This document shows positions 58,610 to 64,000 of a stretch of 64,000 nt of DNA, one piece after another. The stretch covers positions 434,001-498,000 of the forward strand of contig JAUPSS010000011.1 in NCBI GenBank assembly GCA_040285825.1, written 5' to 3'. Source of the stretch: Eukaryota sp. TZLM1-RC (lineage: Eukaryota; Protista; Metamonada: BaSk clade). The position numbers and the translations under genes were made by a program. Position 1 is the first letter of the stretch; each line of letters begins with the position of its first letter. The notes beneath the pieces were generated by a model. The model searched no databases, was not told where the DNA came from, and saw nothing but the letters and a program-made list of their open reading frames with translations.

Positions 58610-58920
58610 TTTTTATTTTATTCAACAACAAATATGAAAACATAAAATACACAATTAAAACTCCACATTCTCAAAACCTGCCTCCCCTACATCCAAACAA
58701 TTAATTGCCAAAGATTCGGAAAATTTCCCAAAAGAAGAAAGTGAATCAGAAATCAGTTTCACCATTCCCTTAAAAATAGAAAATACAATCCTGTTTTGCC
58801 AGTAAACACGATTGAAAATTCTTCCAGTTCTTTCCTTTACAACTACAACAAAATCCTCAAAAAAGCTATAGCAGCCTTACCCAAAGATCCAAGCAAAGAA
58901 AAAACAAAGGGACAAATATT
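58610..58920 (-). mobile_element. Family B-like retrotransposon 3' fragment
   Basis: ICPFVFSLLGSLGKAAIAFL..RTGRIFNRVYWQNRIVFSIFKG. Confidence 0.75.
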
Positions 58921-59723
58921 TTCACATTGATTGTTAATAGTATTGTTAATTGTGTATATAGTAAAGAAAACTATCATCTTCTTAACGAAAGATGTCTGAT
59001 AACTCATCAGATATTTCTTCAATAGATATTTTACATTGTGTAGGTTCTGCAAATTGGGAAGAATTTTAATGCTCTCCTCTCTGATTCTCTGAACTTCTCC
59101 GTTTGAAGTTCAATGTTTCATTCCACCCTACCAATGACTCTCCTTGTCTGTTCTTCCTTGAACTAATGGTTACTTTGCATAGTAATCAAAAAAATATTCA
59201 ATCGGTCTCAAATACCACCGTGGAAAGGGATTTACCACTGTGTATATCAGGTTCTGTTTCTGAAAGAAAGAGGGAGGAGTGAAAAATGAGAATTTTCGTG
59301 CCGTATTGTAAACTGTGTCTCTAACTGATGGTCTTTGGCTTGAGTTATGTGACAAACAATAGATGTAATGTAATTTATTACGAAGAGAAATAGAAATCTC
59401 AACTTAAACGCAAAACTAAATAGACTATAATACTCAAGCTATTAATACTAAGGACTAATTTGACAGCATCATACAAGGAAAAACAATAAGTTATCAATTG
59501 AGAATATAATGCAAGAAGATCTGTGAAGTAGAACAAGACTCAGTTTTCTTTTATTTAATATTAATTAAATGATATCGAAAGAGTGCATGGTGACAGAAAC
59601 ACGCAGCTTTTTTCTGATGAAGTTCCATTTTATTTGAACTTTTTGGTAAAATTTTGTCAAAGGAAAATCAAAATTTAACATTTTATTCTCAACTGTTGTT
59701 ATTATTTTCCCAATTGAGGATCA

Positions 59724-59819
59724 GTGAGTAGGTTCAGTAATAGTGACGCTTGTTTGGAGGATATTGAATTCTAGATGGTTATTTTTATCTCAATAAATAT
59801 TCCAGTTTTTTAAAAAAAA
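59724..59819 (+). mobile_element. Family A retrotransposon, short 3' tip
   Basis: Family A end with poly(A); TSD AATTGAGGATCA at 59712-59723 and 59820-59831. Confidence 0.9.
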
Positions 59820-60067
59820 AATTGAGGATCAAGTGGTAAATGAATATTGTAACAAGATTGTATTGAATCTGAATTTATATTTTTTTGAAATAATGACAAT
59901 AAGAGCATCCAACACTATGATTAAATGATGAAGGTTGGTTTGACAAATATCATGTGAAATGATGCTTATTTGTTTGGAAAAAACCAAGTGTGAAAAAAAG
60001 GCGGAAAATTAATTAATATTTAATAAATATTATTTAATTTTAATAGATGATAATATTGATCTTTTTG

Positions 60068-63000
60068 TTAGAGATATGCTCCCCATCCAGGAAACATTCT
60101 AGCTAAATTATTGAAGCTTGTGGCCTCATCAACCAATGACTTGACATGAGTGGAAACAGACAACTGAACACCCCTCTGAGTTCCTGTAAGCTTTGACAGC
60201 AACTCCTGACCAGCTCTTTGGACGGAGGCAATCAAATCGCGATGATTTTGATGGAATTTATTGAACTGAGAGTTTGACGAGAGAAGCACCATTGAACAAA
60301 GCGCCGAAAGTAGTGGTTGATTGGTCCTACATACACCCAAAGTAAGTTCTGCAGAAATTTTGAAGGTACCTTCTAATCCAAAAGGACCCATTCCATCAAC
60401 CATATCTCTAGTTAACCTAAAGGGGACTACTTCTGGTACTTTGAGATTTCTTGTCGAATCAAATAAATATTCCAGGTCAATGTGTATTAAATTCGCAGTC
60501 CTTAGATGAATTAAAATGTTATCAGAATGACGGTCTCCGATGCCAAATAGGTAACTCAACATTGACGTAACTCCCGTAGATCGACAATAAGATTGTCTCC
60601 TAATGAACCACTCAGCGGGTGATAGATAATGTTCAATAAAGAAATGTCGAAAAACAGGTTGAAATTTTAAGCACAAACTTTCAAATTTCTTAGTCAAAGA
60701 TTTTGTGTCATTTTTAAAAACTTGCTGAGCTTTCGTCAATTCTCGACGAACTTCAATATGTGACAGATCAGAGGGGCGATACCTTGCATGTGCAGGCTTT
60801 AAATAGCTGGCGAAGCTCTCCGTATTTGGTACAAATTCAATAATGCCTAATGTTGCAGAAATAGGAACAATTCTATAAGTCTTAAATTGCAAATCTCGTG
60901 TTCTTGTTTGGTTATCGCCCCTCAATAGCAAATTAACAACCTCTATTGTTTGTTGAACACCGGCAGCATCTCGCAAATCATCATTTCCTTGTTTGATTAA
61001 CTGACAGTGAGTCTTTCCTTTCGTATCTACTGCGTCAATTTGAACTGGGACATTGACCCCACCGAGGATCTTAACTCGGGGTAGGAACGAAGCAAATGAC
61101 GGCAGCTGAGAGGCAGGGGTTGAGGAAAAGGGATCCAGTGCCGTAAGGACAGGTATTTGGCTTACTTTTGGAGATTGATTTAGTATTCTGGAAATTTCTG
61201 AAGACAATTGGTTGACAAAATTGGAAGTTCTATTTCGGTTTTTTTTCGCTCGTTTGATAATACTACCAATTTCACTGAAAACATTCAATACTTTGTCATA
61301 TTGAGCATTAATAAATGACCCCTCTGCTGAACCAGCCCATTGGGTTAAGATCTGAGAAGTTACCTTTGAATTTGTAGAATCAACAGTGCTTCTTTTGAGA
61401 TACATTATTAAGTGATGGGGATGAGTGGATAGAATCTTGCGTACCACATCTCTTGGGAAGTTCAACAAAGGATGTTGTAGGGAGGGTTGCTGAATGTTTG
61501 TGACCATCATTATTGAAAACTTTGCCCAGTGATGATTTGGAATCCTGTGCAGAAATTGAGAAATCATCCGCTGTTGTTCTTTTGAAACAAACTGACCCAC
61601 AAATTGTTGCCTTGTGGGAGGTTGCTCTTTGATCACATTCATAGTGTCTAGTAAGCAACTAAATACAGAGACTACAACTCTAGTAGCATCAGAGGGATCA
61701 ATTCCATAACACAAACTTTTGGAAAAGTATTCAAACATTTGAATTCGAAGGGAATCTAAGTCATCCATAGTGCTTTCAGCAAAAGAAACATAAACTGATT
61801 CACATTCTCCGCCAACCAAAGACATGCGTGAACTGTATGACGTTAGCCAATCCAACTTTGAAAAGAATAGAGATCGAGACTGTTGAGCTAACGTTAAATA
61901 AGTAGAACTCAATTCCTTCGAAGGATCCAATGTAGCAAGTAAGGGTTCATCTTGCAGTGGTTCCAGAATGCTGAGAGCCTTTGTGAAACTACATGGACTG
62001 TCACAATGAAGGTGTTCTGAGGTGATATCAACGGCTCTATTCGGTTCAATTTGGACGTCTATTTTTCCTAATGTTTGGTACAGTTTTGCTTCATAGAGTT
62101 TGACATCAATAATGGTGGAATCAGTATATGAATTACTCAAGAAGGACGAGATAGTTTCTCTTGCGGCTCTTGGATCACCAAAATGTTCTAATATGGAGGA
62201 CTCATGCAAAACCAATTGTGATTTGAAAGTGTGAATCAAGTGTTGGTGTTGAGTTCCTTTTAAGCCTTCTACTAGTTGGTAACAATGTCCCAATATGGTG
62301 GTGGCTTCTGACAATAGTGAATTGTTCATCAAACAGGAGATTTGTTTGGCTAAAAAAGTCAGTATTGGGGGTACAAGATTGGGTCGAATGTGACCGAGTG
62401 CGATCACCACATCCCTCACAACTCCTTGGTTAACCTTGACAAGGTTAAGAGAAAAACTGCCTGTTGATTCTTTTGCTGATTCCAAAAGCGACGCAATAGT
62501 AGAAGCATTGGATAATCTCTGAAAGCACTCTTTCAATAGAGTGTAGGGAGAGGTGTGAGAGAATGAATTTAGAGCAACAGCCTTGAGTTCATCACTGACT
62601 ACTGTAGGAACATCCTTGTCTTCAGCTTGAATTGAACAAAGTGCATAGAAAATCGATTGAACAGAGGCTTGATTGAACACTAATAGTGAATCCTTCCCTA
62701 CACGTTCATCACCAACAGTAAGATCATCAACCTTAGACCAATTGCCTAGCTTGAGTGCAATATCGAACCCAAAAGAAGATGAATTGGATTCCGTTGCGTC
62801 ACTAAATTTGAAACATTGCTCTAAACCAATGTTGATCAAGGTAGTGGCAGGGACAGTAGGATCAGCCAAAAGTGAAGCATTAAGGGCACCTGAGGCTCTT
62901 GAATAGTCGCTATTGAGAAGGGAAAGCTCAATGGCAGATCTTCCGATCAGCTTGGACGAAAATTTGGACGAAAATTTACCTAAATTTACACCCTTCAATC

Positions 63001-64000
63001 CATCAGCATCTCCAAGTTGGTACAGAGCTTCGTGCAATAATTGAACAGATTCCTTAAGAAATTCCTTGCTGTCTTTCATAGCTTGTTCAGCATAAAATAT
63101 ACAGTCATAGTAGGCACCTGTGGTCAACGCAACTTTGGCAAGAGCCAAAGGCGATAGAGCAGCAATCAATTCATTATACACAACCAAGGTTTCGTTAAAT
63201 TCTTTTTCATAGTGACGAAGCCCAGTCAACCAAGACAATACAGAGAGGCATGCAAGATGTACCCTTTCAGAGTTGACCCTTTCAGAGTCAAACTTTGTAT
63301 GAACGATGTCCTTCAACAACAAAGTTATTACTGGAACTAATGATGCATCGTAAATTAATAGTAAAGGAATAACTGAATTTGAAACAAGAGAATTTGAACT
63401 AAAAAAGGGCTGGAGAGCTGAAAACCAAGTAAATGTAGCACTAATATGAGCAAACAACCTTCTGGCTATAGCACAAACCCAAGAATCATGAGATTCATGA
63501 AGCAAAGGGTTTGGTGAGTTGTTAATTGAGGAGACGGACGATGAAGGTGAACATTCCAGGCAAGTGTCCTTTATCTCACTCAAACTAAAGCCCAATTTGT
63601 GAACAATTCTGGTTATTAATGATCTAAGATTTGAGGGTGATGAATTAAATAAGGAAAATAAACCTGTAAGTGCTGATATAGACTCATTAGGAGGAACAAC
63701 TCCAATTGAAAGAGCCATTTCATTAACCAGCAGAAACATACACTTAGATGATACATTCTCTTCTCTATGATCAATCGACTGTAGTTCTCTCAAAAAAGGA
63801 TTTGAAAAAGTAATAAATTGATTTTGAAGGAATAATTCCAATTCATCAAAAGTATACTTCGACATTATGTGGTTGATTATGGAATGTAATACTGCAAGAT
63901 TCGAGTAGTTACTGTGCTTATTGATGAAAACAGTGATTAGGTGAATAACCATTGATAGTGAACCCAGAGTATCCTCACCAGAATCTAAGGGAAGATTTAA
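60068..64000 (-). CDS. ATM: ATM/Tel1 PIKK kinase, C-terminal part (FAT-kinase-FATC); 5' end lies outside the window
   Basis: GGVNVP, QLIK..DDLR, GIGDRH..NIL, HIDL, PEVVPFRLTRD, NLARMFPGW.AYL; frame open to the window edge. Confidence 0.9.
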   Translation of the reverse strand, partial: LNLPLDSGEDTLGSLSMVIHLITVFINKHSNYSNLAVLHSIINHIMSKYTFDELELFLQNQFITFSNPFLRELQSIDHREENVSSKCMFLLVNEMALSIGVVPPNESISALTGLFSLFNSSPSNLRSLITRIVHKLGFSLSEIKDTCLECSPSSSVSSINNSPNPLLHESHDSWVCAIARRLFAHISATFTWFSALQPFFSSNSLVSNSVIPLLLIYDASLVPVITLLLKDIVHTKFDSERVNSERVHLACLSVLSWLTGLRHYEKEFNETLVVYNELIAALSPLALAKVALTTGAYYDCIFYAEQAMKDSKEFLKESVQLLHEALYQLGDADGLKGVNLGKFSSKFSSKLIGRSAIELSLLNSDYSRASGALNASLLADPTVPATTLINIGLEQCFKFSDATESNSSSFGFDIALKLGNWSKVDDLTVGDERVGKDSLLVFNQASVQSIFYALCSIQAEDKDVPTVVSDELKAVALNSFSHTSPYTLLKECFQRLSNASTIASLLESAKESTGSFSLNLVKVNQGVVRDVVIALGHIRPNLVPPILTFLAKQISCLMNNSLLSEATTILGHCYQLVEGLKGTQHQHLIHTFKSQLVLHESSILEHFGDPRAARETISSFLSNSYTDSTIIDVKLYEAKLYQTLGKIDVQIEPNRAVDITSEHLHCDSPCSFTKALSILEPLQDEPLLATLDPSKELSSTYLTLAQQSRSLFFSKLDWLTSYSSRMSLVGGECESVYVSFAESTMDDLDSLRIQMFEYFSKSLCYGIDPSDATRVVVSVFSCLLDTMNVIKEQPPTRQQFVGQFVSKEQQRMISQFLHRIPNHHWAKFSIMMVTNIQQPSLQHPLLNFPRDVVRKILSTHPHHLIMYLKRSTVDSTNSKVTSQILTQWAGSAEGSFINAQYDKVLNVFSEIGSIIKRAKKNRNRTSNFVNQLSSEISRILNQSPKVSQIPVLTALDPFSSTPASQLPSFASFLPRVKILGGVNVPVQIDAVDTKGKTHCQLIKQGNDDLRDAAGVQQTIEVVNLLLRGDNQTRTRDLQFKTYRIVPISATLGIIEFVPNTESFASYLKPAHARYRPSDLSHIEVRRELTKAQQVFKNDTKSLTKKFESLCLKFQPVFRHFFIEHYLSPAEWFIRRQSYCRSTGVTSMLSYLFGIGDRHSDNILIHLRTANLIHIDLEYLFDSTRNLKVPEVVPFRLTRDMVDGMGPFGLEGTFKISAELTLGVCRTNQPLLSALCSMVLLSSNSQFNKFHQNHRDLIASVQRAGQELLSKLTGTQRGVQLSVSTHVKSLVDEATSFNNLARMFPGWGAYL

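Noticed and set aside
1079-64000. Functional cluster of DNA-repair genes (RPA3, RecQ, FHA, BRCT, ATM)
   Set aside because: Dispersed among unrelated genes; no evidence of linkage beyond chance

Overview
Eukaryotic nuclear DNA from a compact, AT-rich anaerobic protist. It is metamonad-like by inference, from a cytosolic-type [FeFe]-hydrogenase, the standard genetic code and rare 29-33 nt GT-AG introns. About 19 host genes are present: RPA3, RecQ, an EF-hand/SNF1-type kinase, NF-YC-like, FHA, PAP2, a hydrogenase-diflavin reductase fusion, TAF4-like, BRCT, RapGAP, HAUS6, METTL21-like, F-box/LRR, a Schlafen-AlbA_2/DEAH fusion, RhoGAP, a partial ATM and hypotheticals. The intergenic spaces are packed with mobile DNA of three kinds. 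(i) At least four families of CRE/SLACS-like RLE non-LTR retrotransposons, mostly 5'-truncated with 10-14 bp TSDs. (ii) At least nine loci from about six families of Fanzor (TnpB-like RNA-guided nuclease) elements, with no adjacent transposase and with structured 3' non-coding tails (candidate omegaRNAs). (iii) A deleted MULE and a TG..CA element with a 14-bp TSD. The most striking pattern is that the Fanzor copies look like retrocopies. They are 5'-truncated with identical 3' ends, are joined to retrotransposon fragments, and carry 12- and 22-bp direct repeats. This suggests, as an inference only, a transposase-less Fanzor/omegaRNA system spread in trans by the resident RT.
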